From positions 1,507 through 65,506 of the forward strand of contig CAZQWN010000002.1 in NCBI GenBank assembly GCA_964596915.1: 64,000 nucleotides of DNA, read 5' to 3'. The translations under genes were made by a program, and so were the position numbers. This document shows, one piece after another, positions 56,266 to 64,000 of this stretch. The notes under the pieces were generated by a model that was not told the origin of the DNA, did no database searches, and worked only from the letters and a program-made list of their open reading frames with translations. Numbering within the stretch: position 1 is the stretch's first letter; each line of letters begins with the position of its first letter. This stretch comes from an uncultured Methanobrevibacter sp. (lineage in GTDB: Archaea > Methanobacteriota > Methanobacteria > Methanobacteriales > Methanobacteriaceae).

Positions 56266-57102
56266 ATGAAATCTATGAAAAAATTAATGCTAATTGCAAT
56301 TTTAGCAGCAATAGTTATTGTTAGTGCGGGCACCGTTTCTGCAGGTTGGTTTGACTTTTTAGGCGGTGACTCTAGTGATACTGCTAATGCAAATTTAACT
56401 GGCCAAGAAGTAAACTTGGCTGCTGCAGCTAGTTTAAAAAACACTTTTGATGAAAAATTAATACCAATGTTTGAAGAAAAATATCCTGGTGTAAAAGTTA
56501 CTCCTACTTATGCTTCAAGTGGGGATTTACAAACTCAAATTGAAAATGGTTTGGATGCCGATGTGTTCATGTCTGCTGCGAACAAACAGATGAACGCTTT
56601 GGTTGAAGAAGATTTAGTCGACAACAGCACTAATCTTCAGTTCTTAGAAAACAAAGTTGTTTTGATTGTTCCTGCTGATTCCAATTCCAATATCTCTTCA
56701 TTCGAAGACTTGAAAAATGTAAGTGGTAACATTGCTATAGGTGATCCTGAATCTGTACCTGCAGGTCAATACGCTAAAGAAGTATTAAACAACACTGGTG
56801 TATGGGATGATGTTGAATCAAAATTATCATTAGGTACTGATGTAACTGCAGTATTAAACCAAGTAGCTCAAGGTTCTGCTGAATGTGGTATTGTATATGC
56901 TACTGATGCCAAATCCATGCCTGATGATGTAAAAGTAGTTTGCGAAGCTCCTGACAGTGCTTTAAACACTCCAGTTATTTATCCTGTCGCAGTTCTTAAA
57001 AATTCAACTGATTCTGAAGCTACTCAAGCATTCATGGACTTCTTGCAAACCAAAGAAGCTAAAGATGTCTTTGTTGAATACGGTTTCACTATCCATGAAT
57101 AG
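56266..57102 (+). CDS. modA: Molybdate ABC transporter substrate-binding protein
   Basis: The ATG at 56266 follows GAGGAG. A signal/TM segment is followed by AAAASLKNTFDEKLIPMFEEKYPGVKVTPTYASSGDLQTQIENGLDADVFMSA and GDPESVPAGQYAKE, which are ModA hallmarks. Confidence 0.85.
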   Translation: MKSMKKLMLIAILAAIVIVSAGTVSAGWFDFLGGDSSDTANANLTGQEVNLAAAASLKNTFDEKLIPMFEEKYPGVKVTPTYASSGDLQTQIENGLDADVFMSAANKQMNALVEEDLVDNSTNLQFLENKVVLIVPADSNSNISSFEDLKNVSGNIAIGDPESVPAGQYAKEVLNNTGVWDDVESKLSLGTDVTAVLNQVAQGSAECGIVYATDAKSMPDDVKVVCEAPDSALNTPVIYPVAVLKNSTDSEATQAFMDFLQTKEAKDVFVEYGFTIHE

Positions 57103-57140
57103 ATTTTTCTATTCATGAATCTTTTTTTTTATTTTTTTCA
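57094..57140 (+). terminator. Strong hairpin plus oligo-T between modA and modB
   Basis: CATGAATAG-attttt-CTATTCATG has a perfect 9-bp stem that includes the modA TAG stop. It is followed by AATC-T9-A-T7. Confidence 0.55.
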
Positions 57141-57201
57141 TGATTAAATTTTAATATGGCATTGTTCATATAGATAATTAGATATTAATGGAGATAATGA
57201 T

Positions 57202-57876
57202 ATGATGGATTGGTCCCCGGTTTTCATTTCAATGAAGACGGCAAGTTTGTCAATTTTTATAACTTTTTTTGTAGGTTTAATTGTTGCATGGGGATTAATT
57301 AAGATTAAAAATGATTCAATAAAGATAGTTCTCGATGGAATTTTCACACTGCCGATTGTATTGCCTCCAACTGTAGTGGGATTCTTTTTATTATACATTT
57401 TTGGTGTTAGGGGGCCTATTGGTAGGTTTTTCATAGATTTTTTCAGTACAAAAATTGCTTTTTCATGGTCAGCGACAGTTATTGCTGCGGTGGTAATGTC
57501 TTTTCCTTTAATGTATCGTTCCGCAAGAGGAGCATTTGAACAGGTGGATTCAAACTTATTGGATGCCGGACGTACATTAGGAATGTCTGAATGGAAAATT
57601 TTCTGGAAAATTTTATTTGCAAATGCACTGCCGGGAATTATCAGTGGTGGAATTCTTGCATTTGCCAGAGGTTTAGGCGAATTTGGTGCAACAGCAATGC
57701 TTGCAGGAAATATTGCAGGACAAACAAGAACTCTCCCTATGGCAGTTTATTCGGAAGTAGCTGCGGGAAATATGGGTAGTGCCTTTGATTATGTGATTGT
57801 TATTGTTATCATATCGTTCATAGCTATTTTTGTCATGGATTTTGTTACAATACGTAAAGAAAGGCAATGGAGATAA
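57202..57876 (+). CDS. modB: Molybdate ABC transporter permease
   Basis: Six TM helices and an EAA-like loop (DAGRTLGMSEWKIFWKILFANALPGI). GGAGA RBS. Confidence 0.85.
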   Translation: MMDWSPVFISMKTASLSIFITFFVGLIVAWGLIKIKNDSIKIVLDGIFTLPIVLPPTVVGFFLLYIFGVRGPIGRFFIDFFSTKIAFSWSATVIAAVVMSFPLMYRSARGAFEQVDSNLLDAGRTLGMSEWKIFWKILFANALPGIISGGILAFARGLGEFGATAMLAGNIAGQTRTLPMAVYSEVAAGNMGSAFDYVIVIVIISFIAIFVMDFVTIRKERQWR

Positions 57877-57896
57877 TTGCAGTTGGGATGATTATT

Positions 57897-58931
57897 ATGA
57901 GTAAACTACTTAAAGTGGATATCCAAAAAAAGCTTAAAGAATTTGATTTGGATGTTAATTTTGAATTAAATGGAGGGTGTTTGGGTATTTTAGGTCCTTC
58001 AGGCTGCGGTAAAAGTATGACATTAAAGTCCATTGCAGGTATTGTTGATCCAGATGATGGTTTTATAAGCTTTAATGAGGGTAATGAGGTAATTTATTTT
58101 GATTCTAGTAAAAAAACTAATTTAAAACCTCAAAATAGAAATGTGGGTTATTTATTTCAAAATTACGCATTATTTCCTAACATGACTGTAGAAGAAAATG
58201 TTGCAGCTGGATTGTCCAAAGATGATGATAAAACAATAGTATCTGACATGATTAAACGTTTTCATCTTAATGGGCTAGAAAAAAGATATCCTCGCCAATT
58301 ATCTGGTGGTCAGCAGCAAAGAGTAGCTTTGGCACGTATATTGGCTTATAATCCAGATGTAATTTTATTTGATGAACCGTTTAGTGCAATGGACACCTAT
58401 TTAAAGGAACAGTTGCGTATTGAACTTGTAAATCTATTAAATGATTTTGACGGTTTGTCTATTTTGGTTACTCATGACCGTGATGAGGCGTTTCAGTTTT
58501 GTGATGAACTTCTAGTATTGGATGAAGGAAAAATCATTGCAAAGGGAAATACTCATGAATTATTTGAGGATCCTAAAAAAGTTCAGGTTGCACGACTTAC
58601 CGGTTGTAAAAATATCTCTAAAATAGAAATTGTTGATGAGTATCATGTTAAAGCCTTAGACTGGGGAGTTACATTAGAAGTATCTGAAAAAATTTCCAGC
58701 AATATTACTCATATCGGAATAAGAGCTCATGATTTTTCTCCCGCTCAAAGTGATGATGTAAACTCTGTTGATACTATAAATGCAACAAAATTAGAAATGC
58801 CTTTTGAATGGGAAATAACTTTGGCAAATGGCATGTGGTGGAAATTTGAAAAGCCGATTCGAGCTCACGACTTTGAAATTCCACAATTTTTAAAAATTGA
58901 TCCTAAAAACATAATTTTATTGGAAGATTAG
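57897..58931 (+). CDS. modC: Molybdate/tungstate ABC transporter ATP-binding protein
   Basis: Walker A GPSGCGKS, signature LSGGQQQR, Walker B ILFDEP and a C-terminal TOBE-like domain. The likely start is MSKLLKV at 57897. Confidence 0.8.
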   Translation: MSKLLKVDIQKKLKEFDLDVNFELNGGCLGILGPSGCGKSMTLKSIAGIVDPDDGFISFNEGNEVIYFDSSKKTNLKPQNRNVGYLFQNYALFPNMTVEENVAAGLSKDDDKTIVSDMIKRFHLNGLEKRYPRQLSGGQQQRVALARILAYNPDVILFDEPFSAMDTYLKEQLRIELVNLLNDFDGLSILVTHDRDEAFQFCDELLVLDEGKIIAKGNTHELFEDPKKVQVARLTGCKNISKIEIVDEYHVKALDWGVTLEVSEKISSNITHIGIRAHDFSPAQSDDVNSVDTINATKLEMPFEWEITLANGMWWKFEKPIRAHDFEIPQFLKIDPKNIILLED

Positions 58932-58932
58932 T

Positions 58933-59472
58933 TCAATATTTAAAGCAATTATTCTGGTGGTTGTCAATAATTCCAATGGCCTCAAGATAGGAATAGATAA
59001 TTGTCGGGCCGACGAATTTCATTCCACGTTTTTTCAAATCTTTAGAAATTTTTTTTGACAAATCTGATTCAGTCAGATATTCTGCTTTTATTATTTTTCC
59101 GTTAGTAAATCCCCAGATGTATTCATCAAAGCTTCCGCACTCCTTTTGAACTTCAATGAATATCTGAGCATTGTTAATTGCAGCGTCAATTTTTCCTTTG
59201 TGGCGGATGATTCCGGAATTTTCTCTAAGTTCATTTACTTTAGATTCATCATATTCAGCAACTTTTTCAACGTCAAAATTATCGAATGCCTTTTTGAAGT
59301 TTTCACGTTTTTTTAATATTGTTATCCATGAAAGGCCGGCCTGAAAGGATTCCAACACTAAAAATTCAAAAAGTTCCCTTTCATCATGTGTAGGAACTCC
59401 CCATTCCTCATCATGGTATTTCACGTAAATTTCTTCTACATCCGTTGCCCAATTGCATCGTTTTTTGTTCAT
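58933..59472 (-). CDS. tag: DNA-3-methyladenine glycosylase I
   Basis: KRCNW......Y..YHDEEWGVP..DERELFEFLVLESFQAGLSW is the canonical Tag N-terminus. Confidence 0.9.
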   Translation of the reverse strand: MNKKRCNWATDVEEIYVKYHDEEWGVPTHDERELFEFLVLESFQAGLSWITILKKRENFKKAFDNFDVEKVAEYDESKVNELRENSGIIRHKGKIDAAINNAQIFIEVQKECGSFDEYIWGFTNGKIIKAEYLTESDLSKKISKDLKKRGMKFVGPTIIYSYLEAIGIIDNHQNNCFKY

Positions 59473-59540
59473 GGAAATAGTTATTATACTTATAAGTTAA
59501 ATATATTATTGACAAAAATTTTTCAATTATTGGTGAAATT

Positions 59541-61322
59541 ATGAATAAATCCATAAAACCAAAAATTATCATGATGGCTGCTATGATTTTTTTCATGTTT
59601 TTTTACATGATTGTTTTTGGAAATAAAAATGCAGTTATTGGCATTACCATAATAATGGCAGCATTTATGAATTTGGGTAATGATTTGTCATTCAAGCCCA
59701 AAACCTCTTTTATCAAAATATTGTTTTTACTTTTGGTTTTGGGATTTTTTTCATATTTAAATAATCCTTTAACAATTTGGGGTTGTATATTGACATTTAT
59801 TGTAGTGTTTGCAACTACATTTACATCATACAATCTCTTTGGTGCAAGTGTTTATTTGCCATATTTGATGTGTTATTTTATGATGGTGGGAGTTCCTGTA
59901 TCATTAGAAATGTTGCCTATGAGACTTTTATCATTGGTATTCGGTGCCATTTTTATTGTGGGATTAAATATCATTGTTAATAAGAAAAAAGAATATAAAT
60001 TATCTAAAACAACTATTGCTAAGCTTATTGATGAACTGAATAATGCCGTTGATTCAAAACTGCATGGCGATGATGTTTTCACTGATAATTTTAAAGTTGT
60101 TAACGGATTTTATTTAAGCATTTATAACAGGTTTGAATACAAGTATTTCCCAACTAGGACTCAGCAGGCAGTTTTAAATGTGGTAAAATCATTCCAATAC
60201 ATTGGAAGAGTTATTGCTGATTATGATTTAACTGAAAATGAGTTAAAATATATCAAGGAAATTCTATCAAACATTAAAGAAATGGATTCTAATTCTATTT
60301 TTAAAGGTATTGAAGTTGAAACCAATGAAATGTATTTGGTATTGCTGAATCTTGAAATCATTGCAAATGAAGTTAATAAAGACTTAACAGAAAATAAAAT
60401 CATTCCAGATAAAAAAACAATAATTTCATTATTAAAACCAATACTTAAAAGGCAATTCAGTTTCCAATCTGTTAAATTCACATTTGCATTTAAAATGGCA
60501 TTTATATTATTTATTTGGCAGCTATTAACATTAATCTTTAATTTGCCTTTCACAAAATGGTTGTATTTTGTTACAATCTCTTTGATGATGCCTTACATTA
60601 ACGATTTGGCATACACTGCTAGAACCCGTATACAGGGGACATTGATCGGAGTTTTCATATTTACGATACTCATTATTGCAATACCTTATCTTCCAATATC
60701 ATTCTATGTAATTATGATGGTTGTAATGGTTGTATGTATGATGATAATGGTTTTAAAACTTGAAGATAAACTGATTTTAGCTATCGTCACTACAATAATG
60801 TCGGTCATGTCCGCATTGATGTATATCGAACCCCCTGAGGCAATTGAGCTAAAAGTGTTATGGGTAGTTGTAGGGGTGATTGTTGTAAGTTTATTCAATT
60901 ATAAATTTTTACCATATTCAGTTGAAATCGAAACGGAAAATAACTTTAAATCAATTTATAAATTTAATAAGCAGTCAATAAAATTAATTGAGAAAAAATG
61001 CAATGGCCTGTCTTCAGATGAAAAGACAACACTTATTGTAGTTAACAATATTGTCCGTGAAAACATAGAGGTCACAGATGAAAATCGGGAATTATATGAT
61101 TTGCAAATAAAGATAACTGATATATGTAATTTCATTTTAAATTATCTGGATGTTAATGCGATGTCAGGAAATCTAAAAAGAAATTTAATTGATATCATTG
61201 ATAATGATGGTCAAATTGATACTGGATTAAATGTTAAGGAAAAAATAATAGCTTATTCAACAAGGCATGTTAAAAACTTATTGAATGATGAAAAGACAAT
61301 TATGGGGGAATTATATGACTAA
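59541..61322 (+). CDS. Large integral membrane protein, FUSC/ArAE-like (two TM bundles separated by a cytoplasmic helical domain)
   Basis: Called from topology only: about 5 TM helices, a soluble domain of about 160 aa, about 5 more TM helices and a soluble tail. The family assignment is tentative. Confidence 0.4.
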   Translation: MNKSIKPKIIMMAAMIFFMFFYMIVFGNKNAVIGITIIMAAFMNLGNDLSFKPKTSFIKILFLLLVLGFFSYLNNPLTIWGCILTFIVVFATTFTSYNLFGASVYLPYLMCYFMMVGVPVSLEMLPMRLLSLVFGAIFIVGLNIIVNKKKEYKLSKTTIAKLIDELNNAVDSKLHGDDVFTDNFKVVNGFYLSIYNRFEYKYFPTRTQQAVLNVVKSFQYIGRVIADYDLTENELKYIKEILSNIKEMDSNSIFKGIEVETNEMYLVLLNLEIIANEVNKDLTENKIIPDKKTIISLLKPILKRQFSFQSVKFTFAFKMAFILFIWQLLTLIFNLPFTKWLYFVTISLMMPYINDLAYTARTRIQGTLIGVFIFTILIIAIPYLPISFYVIMMVVMVVCMMIMVLKLEDKLILAIVTTIMSVMSALMYIEPPEAIELKVLWVVVGVIVVSLFNYKFLPYSVEIETENNFKSIYKFNKQSIKLIEKKCNGLSSDEKTTLIVVNNIVRENIEVTDENRELYDLQIKITDICNFILNYLDVNAMSGNLKRNLIDIIDNDGQIDTGLNVKEKIIAYSTRHVKNLLNDEKTIMGELYD

Positions 61323-62457
61323 TTTAGGATTTGGAATGATGAGACTTCCAATTTTGGAGGAAGATGACTTTAAAAGTATTGACTATGAACAGGTCAATAT
61401 GATGGTGGACACATTTATGGGTGCCGGTTTCAATCATTTTGACACTGCATTCGTCTACCATGAAGGAATAGGTGAGGATGCATTCAAAAGATGTGTCGTT
61501 GACAGATATCCTCGTGAATCATTTAAAATATCTACTAAACTACCGTTATTCGTCATCACCGAAGAATCACAGCTTGAACCGATTTTTTCCCTGCAGCTTA
61601 AAAATTGCGGTGTTGACTATTTTGACTATTACATGCTCCATAATGTAAGCGGATTTACAGAAACTGCATGGAAAAACGTTGATTTGTACTCTTTTATCCA
61701 AAAGAAAAAAGAAGAAGGTTATATCAAACATATTGGAATCTCCACTCACGGAAATGCGGAATTCCTGGAGGAAATATTATTTGAACATCCTGAACTTGAA
61801 TTCGTATTGCTTCAGATAAACTATCTTGACTGGGATGATGAAGGAATCGAATCCAGAAAATGCTGGGAAGTTGCAAGAAAATACAATAAGCAAGTAATGA
61901 TTATGGAGCCATATAAAGGAGGATTTTTAGCAGATGTTCCTGAAGATGCGGAAAAATTGATGAAGGAACATGACCCCGATAAGTCTGTTGTTTCATGGGC
62001 TATGAGGTTTGTTGCAAACCTTGATGATGTATGTGTTGTTTTAACCGGTGCAAGTGACCTGGAACAGCTTGAAGACAATATTCATGAATTTAAAACTGCA
62101 GATCCGTTAAGTAGTGATGAATTGAAACTTCTTGAGGAGGTTTCAGAAATAATTAACAGTAACATTACGGTTGACTGTACTAAATGCAGATACTGTGTTG
62201 ACGCATGTCCTGAGGAAATAGACATTGCAAAAATTTTTGACTTGTACAATAAGGACAGGATGCTTGGAAAGGATGACTGGACACAGTTTGGAAATGCATA
62301 TCTGAATTATTCAAAGCTTCCTGATGTTGGAATAGCTTCTGATTGCTCAGAATGTGAATCATGCATTGAAGAATGTCCTCAGCAAATAAATATTCCTGAA
62401 GTCTTGAAGGATGTTGCAAAAGTATTTGAAACTGAAGGTTATGGATTTACAAACTAA
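61315..62457 (+). CDS. Aldo/keto reductase fused to a C-terminal 2x[4Fe-4S] ferredoxin-like domain
   Basis: The ATG at 61315 follows GGGGGA. LGFGMMRLP and FDTAFVYHEG are AKR motifs. The ferredoxin-like motifs are CTKCRYCVDACP and CSECESCIEECP. Confidence 0.75.
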   Translation: MTNLGFGMMRLPILEEDDFKSIDYEQVNMMVDTFMGAGFNHFDTAFVYHEGIGEDAFKRCVVDRYPRESFKISTKLPLFVITEESQLEPIFSLQLKNCGVDYFDYYMLHNVSGFTETAWKNVDLYSFIQKKKEEGYIKHIGISTHGNAEFLEEILFEHPELEFVLLQINYLDWDDEGIESRKCWEVARKYNKQVMIMEPYKGGFLADVPEDAEKLMKEHDPDKSVVSWAMRFVANLDDVCVVLTGASDLEQLEDNIHEFKTADPLSSDELKLLEEVSEIINSNITVDCTKCRYCVDACPEEIDIAKIFDLYNKDRMLGKDDWTQFGNAYLNYSKLPDVGIASDCSECESCIEECPQQINIPEVLKDVAKVFETEGYGFTN

Positions 62458-62549
62458 TTCATATTTTGTTATTTTTTTTAGTGTCCAACCAAATTTTTAA
62501 TAATAATTAAAAATATATCTTTAAATAGTTATTTTATTGAGGATTTATT

Positions 62550-62900
62550 ATGATACCTGGTATGAATAAAAAACAAATGAAGCAAATGGAAAGGCAAATG
62601 AAAAAAATGGGCATGAAAATGGAAGAATTAGAAGGTGTCCGTGAAGTAATTATCCGTTTCGATGAAAAAGAATTAGTTATTGATAATCCTAGTGTAAGTT
62701 TAATGAATGTAATGGGTCAGGAAACCTATCAAATCGAAGGTCAGGCTCGTGAAGTGGAACTTGAGTATGAAATTGAAATTCCTGATGAAGATATTGAAAT
62801 GGTAGCTAACAGTGCTAACGTTTCAGAAGATGAAGCAAGAGCGGCTCTTGAAGAATGTAAAGGAGATTTAGCTGAAGCCATTATGAAATTAAATCAATAG
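62550..62900 (+). CDS. nac: Nascent polypeptide-associated complex protein (archaeal NAC)
   Basis: MIPGMNKKQMKQMERQMKKMGMK, a NAC beta-barrel segment and a C-terminal UBA (EDEARAALEECKGDLAEAIMKL). Confidence 0.9.
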   Translation: MIPGMNKKQMKQMERQMKKMGMKMEELEGVREVIIRFDEKELVIDNPSVSLMNVMGQETYQIEGQAREVELEYEIEIPDEDIEMVANSANVSEDEARAALEECKGDLAEAIMKLNQ

Positions 62901-62905
62901 ATAAA

Positions 62906-63649
62906 ATGACACTTATTGCACATATATCCGATTTACATGTAAGTAGCGCGGATTTTGATGAAGAAATATTTATGCAGGCAGTGGTTGAAATTAATCAACT
63001 GCAGCCGGACATGATTATTTTGACAGGAGACCTTACCAATAATGGTTATTATACAGAGTTTGAACAGGCAACCAGATATTTGTCTCTTTTTGAAGCACCA
63101 TTATTTGCAATTCCTGGAAATCATGATTCCCGTAATTTAGGATATCAGACATTTGAAGAGCTGATAGGTGAGAGAAGTTGGAAATTAACTTTAGGAGAAA
63201 AATTCACTGTCATTGGTCTTGACAGCAGTTCTCCTGATGAAAGCAGAGGTCATATTGGAACTCCTCAGCACATGTGGTTGGAACATCAATTGGATGAGTG
63301 TGTAATACAAGAACATTTTGCAATTGTTGCACTGCATCATCATGTAATACCTATTCCTCAAACCGGAAGGGAACGTAATGTCTTATCTGATGCGGGGGAT
63401 GTTCTGAATACATTAACAACTCATGAAGTTGATTTGGTATTGTCCGGGCACAAGCATGTCCCCAATATTTGGAAAATAAACAATACTCTTGTTGTTAATG
63501 CAGGGTCATTATGTTCGTGTAAGTTAAGAGGTAAAAATAAAAATTCATATAATGTTTATAACATCACTGACAGGGATATAGAGATATTTTTAAACACTGT
63601 CGGTGAAGAAAAATTATTGTTTGGAAAATATCCTAGAAATTCCTTATAA
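62906..63649 (+). CDS. Calcineurin-like metallophosphoesterase
   Basis: ISDLHV, TGDLTNNG, GNHD, LHHH and GHKH motifs occur in canonical order. Confidence 0.8.
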   Translation: MTLIAHISDLHVSSADFDEEIFMQAVVEINQLQPDMIILTGDLTNNGYYTEFEQATRYLSLFEAPLFAIPGNHDSRNLGYQTFEELIGERSWKLTLGEKFTVIGLDSSSPDESRGHIGTPQHMWLEHQLDECVIQEHFAIVALHHHVIPIPQTGRERNVLSDAGDVLNTLTTHEVDLVLSGHKHVPNIWKINNTLVVNAGSLCSCKLRGKNKNSYNVYNITDRDIEIFLNTVGEEKLLFGKYPRNSL

Positions 63650-63719
63650 ATTAAATTTATATATTAAAAAAATTAATATACTATACTGCATTAATTTTAT
63701 TATATAGTTAGGTGATATT

Positions 63720-64000
63720 ATGAAAGTTGTCGTTGATGCTTCTAATGTAGCTTATTATGTGAAAAATGAAAATGGCCAGCCTCAAATGGCTAATATTATT
63801 GCTGCGGTTAAAGCATTAGAAGAAGGTGAGGATGAATTTGTCATTATTGCAGATGCTTCACTTCGTCATGATATTGATGATAAACAGAAGTATTTGAAAT
63901 TGTTGGAAAGTGAAAATGTCGAAGAGGTTCCAGCAGGAAACGACGCTGATCATTTTATTTTAGATATAGCTACTAGTGAAAAGGCTAAAATATTATCTAA
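63720..64000 (+). CDS. NYN/PIN-like (Zc3h12a-type) ribonuclease domain protein, 3'-partial at the window edge
   Basis: MKVVVDASNVAYY... and ..VIIADASLRHDID...AGNDADHFIL form a pattern of conserved Asp residues like NYN domains. The ORF is open to the end of the window. Confidence 0.45.
   Translation, partial: MKVVVDASNVAYYVKNENGQPQMANIIAAVKALEEGEDEFVIIADASLRHDIDDKQKYLKLLESENVEEVPAGNDADHFILDIATSEKAKILS

Noticed and set aside
1-64000. CRISPR array, tRNA and rRNA genes.
   Set aside because: I saw no repeat-spacer periodicity of 25-40 bp. The only tandem repeats are coding (702 bp and 12 bp) or the contiguous 19-bp AT-rich array, which has no spacers. I also saw no GC-rich cloverleaf-like or rRNA-like segments.
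1-64000. Integrated virus or prophage, or an integrative element with its own recombinase.
   Set aside because: No integrase, capsid, terminase or portal-like ORFs are present. The mobile signatures are limited to TnpB or DDE relics.

Overview
This 64 kb window is AT-rich archaeal chromosome. The gene content points to a pseudomurein-walled methanogen of the Methanobacteriales, most likely Methanobrevibacter. Supporting genes are adhesin-like proteins with pseudomurein-binding repeats, TfrB, AqpM, 2-phosphoglycerate kinase, SepF, NAC, ZPR1 and IorAB. I saw no rRNA genes, tRNA genes or CRISPR arrays.

Most of the window is housekeeping and metabolism: pyrH, glyS, dcd, tfrB, iorAB with paaK and an ACT gene, modABC, tag, nac and transporters. 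Three large surface proteins are also present. One is a 2361-aa protein that contains a perfect 702-bp tandem duplication.

The most interesting part is the first ~10 kb, which looks like an accessory or defence islet:
- A translationally coupled ABC/AAA-type ATPase plus a protein with a PD-(D/E)xK motif lies at 611-2618. It is bracketed by two diverged direct copies of the 3' end of a MotA/ExbB-like gene. This is my best candidate for an undescribed two-gene defence system.
- A tight three-gene operon at 4150-6644 ends in an orphan CARF-HEPN protein. No cas genes or CRISPR array are nearby.
- Decayed IS200/IS605 (TnpB) debris lies between and beside these genes.

Other accessory patches:
- An Rpn/YhgA-like PD-(D/E)xK gene is preceded by a strictly 19-bp-periodic repeat array. 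It is wedged into the aryl-acid (ior/paaK) cluster.
- An orphan 688-aa protein has a GNAT-like motif and a zinc ribbon.
- An SDR gene is frameshifted.
- Three separate TnpB remnants are present, one of which truncates a DUF389 gene.

All functional calls come from motifs read by eye in the supplied translations. No database search was run.
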